A DNA stretch of 64,000 bases from the NCBI RefSeq assembly GCF_001194135.2, contig NC_068981.1, positions 132,334,217 through 132,398,216 of the forward strand, given 5' to 3'. A program made the position numbers and the translations under genes. The notes under the pieces are model-generated. The model was not told the origin of the DNA. It did not search any database and was given only the letters and a program-made list of their open reading frames with translations. The DNA comes from Octopus bimaculoides. Taxonomy: Eukaryota. This document shows, piece by piece, positions 11,841 to 22,928 of the stretch (its first letter is position 1; each line of letters opens with the position of its first letter).

Positions 11841-14800
11841 TTAATATGAACAATTTAAGATTTTAATTTTGATTTAATCCTTTACCATTTAAACTAGCTA
11901 TATGCAGCACAAAAAGTCTACTTGTTTTATGTTCGAATTGACCACCTCCATACAATGTCACTCGAAAAATAAACAATTGTATCATCAAAATCTTGAAACT
12001 ATAAGCTAATGCATGCTTAATTCAAAACAATTTTAACGATTAGATATTTCATTTAACAGTAATCTGAATGCTAAAGGGTTAATATATTTGTCAAGATAAA
12101 ATGAAAATGAGATATACTGGTACGAAACAGTTTCTGCGAAGAGTAATTTTGCTTATCTGTTACTTGTTTCAGTCATTGGACTGTGACCACTTTGAGGCAC
12201 CACCTTGAAGGGTTTTTTAAAATCAAAAAGATCAACCCTTGTACTTGTTCTATTGGTCTCTTACTGAATTGCTAAGTTATGGAGACATAAACAAACCAAC
12301 ACCAGTTATCAGGCAGTGGTAGGACAAACAGTGTAACTTGTATTGCATTAGCTTAGCTATAGATCACAGATGAAATTAAATTTCATCATATAAAAAACCC
12401 ATGATGATAGCAATACGATACAAAGTCCTGACCTATGAACTCAACTCCATATTTTAACCATTCAGCTATTTCAACATTTTTACTATTATCATTAGGTGAT
12501 CCACCACAGAAAGAAATACAAGACAAATTTTTGTTATAAAATCAAAGATTTGTGTATATGTATAATGTGTTTCTGCATGCTTGAGAAAAAGCTATCTCGG
12601 CAAAAGTTATATATTGAGCATATTTGTGTGAGTGTGTTCACAAAAATATACACACATGTTTGTATACTGTCTACAACAACATGATGTTAAAATGAAGACA
12701 TAAAAAAGGCAATATTTCTTAAAATTCCAGAGTATTTTTATTAAAAGCTTTAATAAAATTTAATGACTAGGGAAAAAAAAAAATTAAAAGGATTTTAAAA
12801 TTTAATAAAACATCTGGTAAAATGGTTTATAAATAAGACAATAAATATAGAAAGCAAAACAAAACTTGGCCATAAATTTCTGCAAATCTCATTAGTTATA
12901 TTCAATCTTATGGCGCAGAATCCTTGAGAAAGAAACTTAAAGAACTAATGGACTAGATATGCAAGCACCTCACCAACAGTATACACAAGGTGTAAGTTAC
13001 AACGAGCAATGATATTCTGCAAAACTTGTTTCATTTATAGTATGTGTGAATGTATTTATATATAATGGTAACATTCAGACCATCAGATGTTGTTATACAT
13101 TGCTGGTCATAATGTACTTCATAATGTTTTAGCTTTCAAATGATACCACCCCACTGGTTAGGTAAGCAGGTCAACATTTTCACCTGAATGGAATGCCAGT
13201 CTGTCACTGAGTTACCCATTTACAGCTGAATGAACTGGAACAATGTAAAATGAAGTGTTTTGCTCAAGAACGCAGCTGGTCTGGGAATTGAAACCACAAT
13301 CTCATGATTTTGAGTGCAGCATCCTAACCACCAGGCCACATGCCTTCACAGACGTGTGCATCTGTGTGAGAATTATGAATAAATCAGCAAATATTTTCAG
13401 TAAAGCTATTATTAATACATAGTAGTCTTTGGATTAACTCATGTCATATTCCTGGCAATTAATGTCTGTTAACAAAATAATGTCAAAAATATAATGAGAG
13501 AGTAAAAACCCTCAACCTATTGCACAAATAACTTGATAAATATTAAAATCCAGGATAAAAAAGCAATGAAATAAAAATATCTTCCAGTTCAAATATCTAC
13601 TAAAATCGTTTTGTGTTGTTATTCTTCATTTTAGTTATGACTAAATATTTTACTTATGAAGAAGTTTTCATGTCTGGATGTCTCAAACTAGCTACAAACA
13701 ACAATTGGATTGTAATTTTCTAAATTTTTGCACTTCAACTGAAGAAAAAGAAACAGGATTCTTAAGATAGAGGGACTATCAAGCAATCCATCCATCATCA
13801 TCATTGTCATCATCTACAGCATTTAACATATGTTTTCCATACTGGCATGGATTGGATGGTTTGACTGGAGCTGGTAAACCAGAAAATTGTCCAAGGTTTT
13901 ACTGTCTGCTTTGGCATGCATTCTACAGCTGGATACCCTTCTTAATGCATTTTATGTGATACAAGCACCAGCGTAAAATGCACATAGTACACTCTGTAAA
14001 GTAGTTGGTGTTAAGAAGGGCATTTAACTAGATAGACAGAGACTGGTTTTATATTTGCATGTGTAAGAGAGTGAAAAGGAAGTCTACATTGAATTTCTCA
14101 GTGAACTCGGATTTCACTTGAACATGGAATGTAAGACGTAATGGAAAGCACATACTTTCCCAAAGCAGTTCCACCTGCAAATCAAAACTAGATTGTATCC
14201 GTAAGATAATTTGGAGCTTTGTTATCTCAATCTGTGACATGTTTAAAAAATATTTACTAAGTAGTTTTGACTAGAATGAGAACTGTTAGGTACTTAAATT
14301 GTTGCCCTAACAAAAAAAAAAAAAAAATTTTTTAAAAATAAAAATAACAACCTAGAGCACAGAGCACAGCAACAAACTTGCAACAATATAGTATAGTGAA
14401 TTTCAATTCAGCGAATTTGAATCCATAAAATACAAATATAATATTTTGCTTGTTACAACGTGCTTATGGTTGTGTTATGTTTTAAACAATCTTAACTATA
14501 GAATGACATCTAACATAATCAAAATCTTTGATATAATGAAACAAATGTCACAAAGATTTATAAATTCAGAAATCCATGCAGTGAAACAGAAAAAGGAAAT
14601 TTGATGAAATGTGGAATTTCTTAGGTATGTAATCTTGTATTCAATCTAGTATCTACAAACCATTTAATGTATCTATGTATACATTTATGCATGTGTAGAT
14701 AGGGAAGTATATATAAGTATGTCTGTAAGGTACATAGGAAATGAAATATAATTATAGAATTTAAATAAATAAACTTGGAAAGTCAGATGTAGAAAAAGAA

Positions 14801-15354
14801 ATGTGTTGAAATAACCTGTTTACATCAAGGCAATTAGTAACAATTTCTGGTAAAATTAATTTCAAATTAAATACTCAAATGATAAAAAAAAGCAGTTTTA
14901 CTCTTGAGAAAATATAATTAAAATTAATAATTGTAATATATTGTTTTGGAACTTGAAACATCTCCAAAGTAATCCTTAGACTTGTGTATCTTAGAGGAAA
15001 GTCATGAGGTCTTGTGCTTACACCCTCACATGCATCAACAAAATACATTTTCCAAATAAATACATACATTAAATAAAATTTTTATCCCCTTTTCAAAGTT
15101 AAATGCATAAAAGAATATGGTTGTATTTGCACCAAATTATTGGCCTATTCAGATTTCAATACATGGAGATAGTAATGTACACAGCCATTATATTTACTAA
15201 AAGCTCCCTCCCACCGCTCTCATGCACAGAATTAGAGACAGTCAAAAGAAAATATTTTCTTCATCTGAAAAAAGACAAAAAAAACCCCTTAAGTGTAAAT
15301 TTTTCATATCTACAATGGATCCAGCTATATGGATACAATGAAGCAAATCAAATT

Positions 15355-15737
15355 CTAATGGATGTTTTCAGGATTGTTAAAAGCACTTGAATCTTGTGTT
15401 CTTTCTGCATGACTGGGCAGAACCTCCCACTGGTCACCAGGATTAAGAGAAGAGGACGAAGAGGATGATGTATCCCAGTTCAGGCCATCTGAAATGTCGT
15501 GTGCATTTACAGCCATAGTGTTGCTGTCGGAAATCAAGTTTGCTGAGGAATCTAGAGATGATGTCATTACATCATGTGACACTTCTGGCATGGATGCTGT
15601 GGGCTGTTGATTACTAGTACTGACTGGCACAGCTGAAGACCGATGGCGAAGATTAGAGTTGTCTACAAAACTTCTGGGTGTCATTGATGATACAGCATCA
15701 GCAAGTCCTCCTAAAAGTTCAACATTTTCGTTTGTAC
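15355..15737 (-). CDS. LDAF1: LDAF1 terminal coding exon (S/T-rich, contains DQWEVL)
   Basis: ttctgttttccAG acceptor, phase 1, 383 nt to the stop, matches ORF 15355..15786. Confidence 0.75.
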
Positions 15738-17056
15738 CTGGAAAACAGAATTTTTTTTTTAAAGCAATAAAAAAAAAAAAACTCATAATTTACATTTAGA
15801 AATTGTTTGTATATCATTCATCAAATAAACTACTTGCAAATATGGCTGTATGGCCACATTGTGGTACCTTGGATAAAACCTGAGAATGAAATTTGTATGT
15901 CAAAAATTGCACTGAAGTCTGTCTAATACATATAGATTTTGGTTTCCAAGTGGCTTCAATGCCATGGTTCAGTAGTAGAATTCCTTCTTTTATTAGTTAT
16001 GGTGTTTTTGCAGGGCAAGTTGTCAGATATAGTACTATTATTAATAATGCTAATAAATTTTTGGATAGAATAAATAAACTGTTAAGATATTTAGTAAAAC
16101 AAGGGTATAGATATAGTAAATTGGTTAAAACTTTTAATCGCTGTTTAGGTGGGACACTTGAAATATTAAATATGGGGTAGTATCTAGTCTTCAACTTACC
16201 AAAGATTTGTAAAGATTTGGAATGTTTACGATTTAAGTTATTTGCTTATTACATCACCAATATTGTTTGAGACAATTGAGGAAGTAGTAATTACATACTA
16301 CGTTATCTAGAGATAAGATGGTCTTTTAAATTCTAGAGGTGATGGAACCATGTGGTTTGAAAAAACATGTAAGTATTAATACTTTAAAGTTTTAATTTAG
16401 CTTTAATTGTAGCAACGTTTTATAATAATAGTTAATTACAAGTATACTTTTATTAGTTCTTATTTAATAAATTTAATGTTTCTATTAGTTAGTGGTAAGT
16501 TTACATTAAAGCTTGTAAGGGTAATATATATTAATGAGTGTGTAGTGTTTTTATTATTAACTTCTGAATTATGAAATAATGTATTTCACTCATTATTATA
16601 TTATTCATTAAATTAAATTCAATCGTGTTTTGTTTTGGAGAGAATTGAAATAAAGCTTTCGTTTTTTTTTTTTTTATTATAGTAGTAACTATGGAAGACT
16701 GGTGGGATTATTATTTGTATGGACTATTAATACCGACACAAATCATCATCATCATACATAGATTTATGTGTTTCTTTGTTGTAGTTTAATTTTAAAGCGT
16801 TTAATCCTGCCTATATTTAGATTGAATGAATGTGGTTATTAAGCTTTCACTTTTATATTATACTATGGAAGACTGTAAGGAATAAAATATATGATCTAAA
16901 GGTTTGATTGCTGTTTAGTTACATATTTAGGAGTTGGTTATAGATTTATTTATTGAATTTATTTATCGATACTGTTGTACACAGGGGAAATATACAGATA
17001 GTTTATTCTGTTCATGCTATTATATTAGCATTATCATGCGTTTGAGAATAAATTAT

Positions 17057-17099
<43 letters not shown>

Positions 17100-20000
17100 T
17101 ATAGATATAGGGCAGGGAATTGCCAATTAGTTAATAAAATTAATAATTAACAATTTTGCCAAGTAGTTCAGTATGCAAAAAAACCTTTATTGGTAAAACA
17201 TTTATAATTATAAACATATAGGGATCAGCATGAGTTGCTTCACCAACATACTGAAAATTTAGAAATAGCAGTCAAAGAACTACTAATTCTAACTACAATT
17301 TTTTCTCTCCAATGGATGGCGATATTTACGGCACACATAGAACAAAACAGAAGAGAAAACAAAAACAAACTTGCTGTTAGTTAATCATGTACGACGTTTC
17401 GTGATTGGAGAGAAAAAATTGTAGTTAGAATTAGTAGTTCTTTGACTGCTATTTCTAAATTTTCAGTATGTTGGTGAAGCAACTCATGCTGATCCCTATA
17501 TGTTTATATATATATATATATATATGTGGTAATCTGAAACCATATGAATGGTCATGCCATGGACAAGTTTAGGAAGGACCTGATAAAGATCTTCAAAGAA
17601 TTTGGTCTATCTATAATGGTCTCCACCATATTTGACAAAAATCGACTTTCTGGGTTTAACTCCTGACTTGAAGACAGGCAAGTACTACCTTTACGGGAAG
17701 CCCAATGGGGAATCTGTGTATATCTATCCCCACCCAGCTCTAATTGGATACTTAGTCACAAGCACAAATAGAAGAATCTATAGACTATCAGCAGATAGGG
17801 AGATCTTCAACAGGGTTGCTCCCACCCATTATATACAGGCATTAGTGAATAATGGATTCACTGAGAAGTTAGTATACATGGAGGATACCCACCACCACCA
17901 TCTGAACCTGAAGAGAGTCACGAAGAGAAAATTAATCTAGTTTAATCCTCCATTTAACCTAGAAGTTTCAACCAACACAGCTAGGAGCTTCCTGATGCTA
18001 ATCAAGAAACACTTTCCTAGAATCCAAAAGAATTATAAACTTTTCATCTCCTACAGTGTTGAGGTTAGTTACTTCTGCTTAGACAACACCACTTCTAACA
18101 TTGCATGCTACAATAGATGCAAACACACCTAAACTGCCAATGTACACCCCAACCTGTAACTCCAGAATCCTACCAACTTCCTGCTGGAAGGATCCTGCTT
18201 CATAAGGTCAGTGGTCTATAGAGCCACCTTCACATCATCTGGTAGCATTACAACACACTACATGGACATGACAACTAATGACTTCAAGGGAAAGTTACAC
18301 AGCATATGTACTCCTTCAGTGGATAAAATGCCAGTAAATACTTTGTGGAACTTCCGACTGCAATGCTGAACTAGGTGCCAGGTACCATGCATCAGTCTAC
18401 ACTTGATCCAGGGTTGTAGCTCAGTAAAAGAGACGAGTAGTGGGAAAAGGTGAGTCTGACAAACAGGGAACACACTTAATCGCCATCAAGAAAGCACTGG
18501 AGATGTCATAGCCTCAGCACATGTCAGTGCATCATCAGCCATGGCATGCCCAATCCTCCATTCAGTGGGGTTGACAACAAATGGAGTACCTGACCACTGG
18601 TATGTGTCTCTTCAACAGAAAGCAGAAGAGTATGCACTCCAATTTAGTTAGATGTAAATTGAGGCAAGGTACAATGATCAAGTGGTTGTATATAACAGAG
18701 GTGATATATGCATTTGCCACTTCTCAACCTTTCAGAGATGGTTTTCTCTCGGACCATTTCTGGGTGAGACTAGCTACCCTGCTCGTCACCTCATCCCAGT
18801 TCTTCTCCACTTGGAGATCCAGACTAAATCAGACTCCAAGCAATTTAACAGGTCCTTCTGTCCAGCGTCCCACATTATTGGAACTTCTTCAAGTTCCAAG
18901 TTACAGGCTCAATGACTTTTTCTTGGTTAATTTTTGCTCCTGTCATTTCCTCATGCTCTTTTAGAGCACAAGGCCAGCAGTTTTTTTTTTTGTTTTTTGT
19001 AAGGGAGGGAGTAAGCTAATTACAATGACTCCAGTGCTGAACTGGTACTTATTTTATCGACTCTGAAAAAAATGAAAGGTAAAGTTGACCTTGGTGAAAT
19101 TTGAACTCAGAATGTAGAGACAGACAAAATGTTACAAAGCATTTTGTTCAGCGTGCTAATTCTGCCAGCTCGCCACCATGTTGTTGTTGTTTGATGATGA
19201 TAATGGATGATGATGACGATGATGATGATGGTGATAATAAACTACAGTGTTTACTCACTTGGGATTTGGCTTTCAGTGGGTGTATCACGCCTGGCTAACA
19301 TTTCATGGTCCAGTTCAGTATTTGACACTGATTGTGACTGATTTGATTCTATAATGTTCTCCACATTATTTGCCTGGTTATTTGCTGACAGCCCAACTGG
19401 AGTTGAAGTTAATACAGTATTTCGGGTCGGAGAAGTGGATGTCAGATTTTCAACAGGGACTGATGATGTACCTGATGGTGCAAGCTGTGAAGCCAGCGAT
19501 GGATAGATTGTATTTGTTGGTGAGCTTGTGATAACAGGATTGTTATCTGAAGTGGAATTGTCTGGCTGAGATGGTGGAGCTGATGGAGGAGATGGTGGGT
19601 CTGATGGCGGAGATGGTGGTGGAGCTGATGAAGCAGTATGTTGTTGCTGTTGTTGGTAGTTGTGAGCATGCTGGAACTGCTGATGAAAACGATTGAAGAC
19701 ATCAATACTTTTATGAAAGACGAATAAACCAACTGCCACTGAGAGACTGAAGACAATTGACAATACACCCATAAGAATGAGTACTCCTCCTAAGATGATA
19801 GTTGCGAATGTTAGGACAGTACCTGAAAATTAATAGGAAAAAAATAAAAATGTAATCAGTGAAGCCAAAGTATTTAAGTAATAAAGCAGAACAATTTCAA
19901 ATCATTTTTTAGTAGCTATTCTCTATCTCAAAAAGTAATGTGATAAAGATTTTCAAGAGCCACCGAGGTTTGTAAAGTAAGTGTTTAGCTTTGGATTCAG

Positions 20001-22928
20001 TAATGTTAAGAGGATAAGAGAAGAATTTGCCTCTCAATAAAATAGCAGTGGATAAATAGGTAAAGTTCCTGTAAAACATGGTACATATTCCTTCCTGCTA
20101 TATGAATTGAGTCATATTGAAGTAATTGTCTCATACAGATATCTACCACAATATCTTCAGTGGAAACGAGCAAACAGATGGTATGATATCTATTCAGAAA
20201 TAACACCTCTAGTAAGTAGAAATCTAATTTCAAATCTTAAAACAAATATTTATTTTGCATACTTTCATTGATTATGCAACATAATCACAATATTTCACTT
20301 TTATACTTCAGTTCACAATTCACAAGAATTTAAAACAGAAACTCTCTTTAGTAATGATTATGGTTAGCTTGAACAATTAGCATCAATACAGATTTCATAA
20401 CATAAGATTCAAAAGTAGCATATCTAAGATAACCTAGATGTCTACATTCACTGATCAGATGTATATTTCAGATTTAGCAAAATTGGGATAATTTTCTATT
20501 ATAACTTTTGATTTTAAAATATAGAAATTAAATTTTCATTTCAATAAATAAAATACACAAGAAGGAAAGTTTATGAAACCTAAAATTAGATTCCTTTGAG
20601 CACAAAATTAACTAAAAGATTAACAGTGTATTGTGTGTAAGAGGGTGAAAGTTCATTACATTTACATGTTTGGAAATGTAAACTATATTAGAAATTTCTA
20701 GAACTGTATCTGAACCTATGTGATAAATGCTAAAAGCCATAATATACTTCTGAATTATTTAAAAGATATGATTTCAAAGGACTAAATTTAGTATGTTATC
20801 TGGCAGCTATATCTAATAAGATAGCTATTGCCTATACAACAAACAGAGAAAATGATGTTTTTACATAATATTCTGTCTGCAACCATTATACTTATCAATC
20901 TGAATAATTTCAATACTATCTGAAAAAAGTTATTTGAACAAAATCAGATGATGTCATCTGTGCACAATCACATGCAATACCTGCTTGTGATTCATTGAAT
21001 CCTGTGCTGATGTTTTGTTCAGGATTGTCACTTGACATGGCTTGAGGACATCTGGTCAGCAATTGGAACTGTTCCATTAAATATCGTTCCAGAGAAGAAA
21101 TGCTGTATTCAGAGCCTGTGAGTCATAGTGTAGAAGGGAGTAGAGTTAGGAGAAAGTCAAATTAATTCAGTGCAGTTACAGCCTAAGTTAAAACACAGGA
21201 GAAATTATTCTTAGACAGTGCCAAAATAAAGTGATGAAACAACAGAAAAAAAAATAAGGCTCATTATCTACAACTTAAAGGCACAAACTAGTGTATTTAC
21301 ATATGTAGTCTTTATCAACTTATTAACTGTTGGATATAATTTCTGTTATATCCTCTGGGATGAGGTTTCATTAATATAAAATATATATTACACTTTTCTT
21401 CAAAACCGCTTTTGATTGACTGTATCAGGAACAGTTAAATCACTGGCTATCTTCATATTGTTTATAAGACAAAACTAATAACTACTTGGTGAGAATGATT
21501 TAGGTATATAGTACATACTATTTGTTACTAGTCATAATAGCACATCACCTGGAGGCAACTAAAGATTCAATAAGTTACAGTTTGGGAAAGCAAATAATTC
21601 TGAAACATCATGCAACAAAATGTAACTATAACATATTATTTCTATGACTCATATCCTTACATAAGATATTTCCTTTTTTTTTTATTAATAATAATACAGT
21701 TAGAGGAGGAAGAGCAGCACTATGAGAATTTTACTGTAAAGCCTTTGAGACAGGTAGGAGGTAAATATAGAAAGAACAAAGTCTCATCAACTGCTACAGT
21801 AGGAAGCATCACTTAAACTATTAAGCTATCCTCAAACCTCATTCAAATATTTGTAACCGAACTCATTCTGCCTTCCAAAGGCTATATGTGAAAATAGAAT
21901 AGTTGTCCTCATTATTGATACAATATTGGGTTTACAATGCAGATATAAGTTGAACATATTTGTACAACACCAAATTTTTATCATTTCACTGAATGATATT
22001 TGAAATCTTTCTTTATGAGTCATTCATTCAATTTTATCTGAAAGGATTCAATTGCAGTATTGTATATGATAAAGCCATTTGATATTTTCCTGTTAGCTTG
22101 GGGTTTCATTTCACTGTCATTTTTTCTCTTTTATTATCTGTTCAGCCACAAGGCAAGTATGGGGTGATGAAATTTAGAGCCTTGCCCTCAACACAATACA
22201 ACACAACACTGTGCCAGCAGAGATACAAATTCACAAGTCTTCAGCCTAGAGCAGTGATTCTCAATCTTTTGTAATTTCATGGCAGACAGAAGATCAAATA
22301 AAATTATTGGTGCACTTTGAGCATTAAAAAAAAAAAAAAAAAAAAAAAAATTAGATTTTAACATTAAATATCTAGAATATATACAAAACAATTGTGTTAT
22401 TTAATCACTCATACTTATGCATAACAAAATTATGAATAACACTACAATGGATTTAGCAAAGCTTTAAACCATATTTGAAAAAAATCTTTGGTACACCTAG
22501 GTATCTGCTGTGATCCATCAGTGTGCCATGATGTACCATTTTGGAATCACTGGTCTAAAGGCTTACCTATTTAGAGTAATTCATTGTACAAAAGCAAGCA
22601 TCACAGTTGCTAAACATGCATCAATCTAGACATTGCTTTCTAAAAAAAAATATAACATGACTTGAATAAAAATGAAGGAGAGTTAAAGATACTTACCTTC
22701 AAGAAACATAAACCCACCAAATGTAAGGAAAATACTGAAAAGTGTAAAGGCAAAGAAACAGGCAACAGGCACACTGCATAATACAATAGTAAAAATTCCA
22801 AACATTGTGATGAAAGGATGGTTGGCTGCAAATGTTTTTAGCTTCTCCAAGCGGTTAGTAAGGTCAAAGTTTTCAACCAGATCTTGATAAATGTGGGAGA
22901 GAATTGTGCTGAAGCTTTCATTCTCCAT
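15355..22928 (-). CDS. LDAF1: Lipid droplet assembly factor 1 / promethin (TMEM159)-like, ~392 aa; complement(join(15355..15737,19259..19822,22697..22928))
   Basis: HPFITMFGIFTIVLCSVPVACFFAFTLFSIFLTFGGFMFLE/GTVLTFATIILGGVLILMGVLSIVFSLSVAVG matches the promethin pattern (HPF...VP..FF......LEG....GG..LL). In-frame stops lie upstream of ATG 22928. GT-AG introns are phase 1-1 and the total of 1179 nt is in frame. Confidence 0.85.
15950..16190 (+). mobile_element. Penelope-like retroelement fragment (RT thumb region)
   Basis: MPWFSSRIPSFISYGVFAGQVVRY...F..R...L...L.KQGY.Y..L...F matches the PLE pattern FP.LSSNIP....YGV..SQL.RY. Confidence 0.7.
17061..17100. repeat. (TA)n microsatellite; many other (TA)n, (TG)n, (GA)n and (ATC)n tracts occur across the window
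   Basis: Directly visible. Confidence 0.9.
17209..17508. repeat. perfect 105-bp inverted repeat with 90-bp spacer (MITE-like)
   Basis: 17209-17313 is the exact reverse complement of 17404-17508; embedded in TA-rich flanks. Confidence 0.9.
17530..18480 (+). mobile_element. decayed Penelope-like retroelement (RT C-terminus plus GIY-YIG endonuclease)
   Basis: MDKFRKDLIKIFKEFGL..KIDFLGLT.DL.TGKYY.Y.KPN, NRRI.RLS..REIFN...Y..AL...GF, then I*FNPPFN.EVSTN....FL.LI.KHFP and SVVYRA motifs; frameshifts and stops present. Confidence 0.85.
18490..18930 (-). mobile_element. Tx1/L1-clade LINE ORF2 fragment
   Basis: Minus frame WTEGPVKLLGV*FSLDLQVEKNWDEV..RV.....W.ERKPSLKG*EVA..YI...KLE..LF.FL....P.VR.SICCQ..GGLGMP; interrupted. 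Confidence 0.75.
19259..19822 (-). CDS. LDAF1: LDAF1 coding exon 2 (second hydrophobic segment plus Q/P/S/T-rich region)
   Basis: ttttcAG acceptor, CCAA/gtgagt donor, 564 nt open frame. Confidence 0.85.
20981..21115 (-). CDS. candidate symmetric cassette exon of LDAF1 (GSEYSISSLERYLMEQFQLLTRCPQAMSSDNPEQNISTGFNESQA)
   Basis: Pyrimidine tract + cacAG acceptor, GCAG/gtatt donor, 135 nt, phase 1-1, no stops. Confidence 0.45.
22697..22928 (-). CDS. LDAF1: LDAF1 coding exon 1 (exon begins at 22965 with 5'UTR)
   Basis: ttttacAG acceptor at 22966-22967, GAAG/gtaagt donor, first hydrophobic hairpin. Confidence 0.88.
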
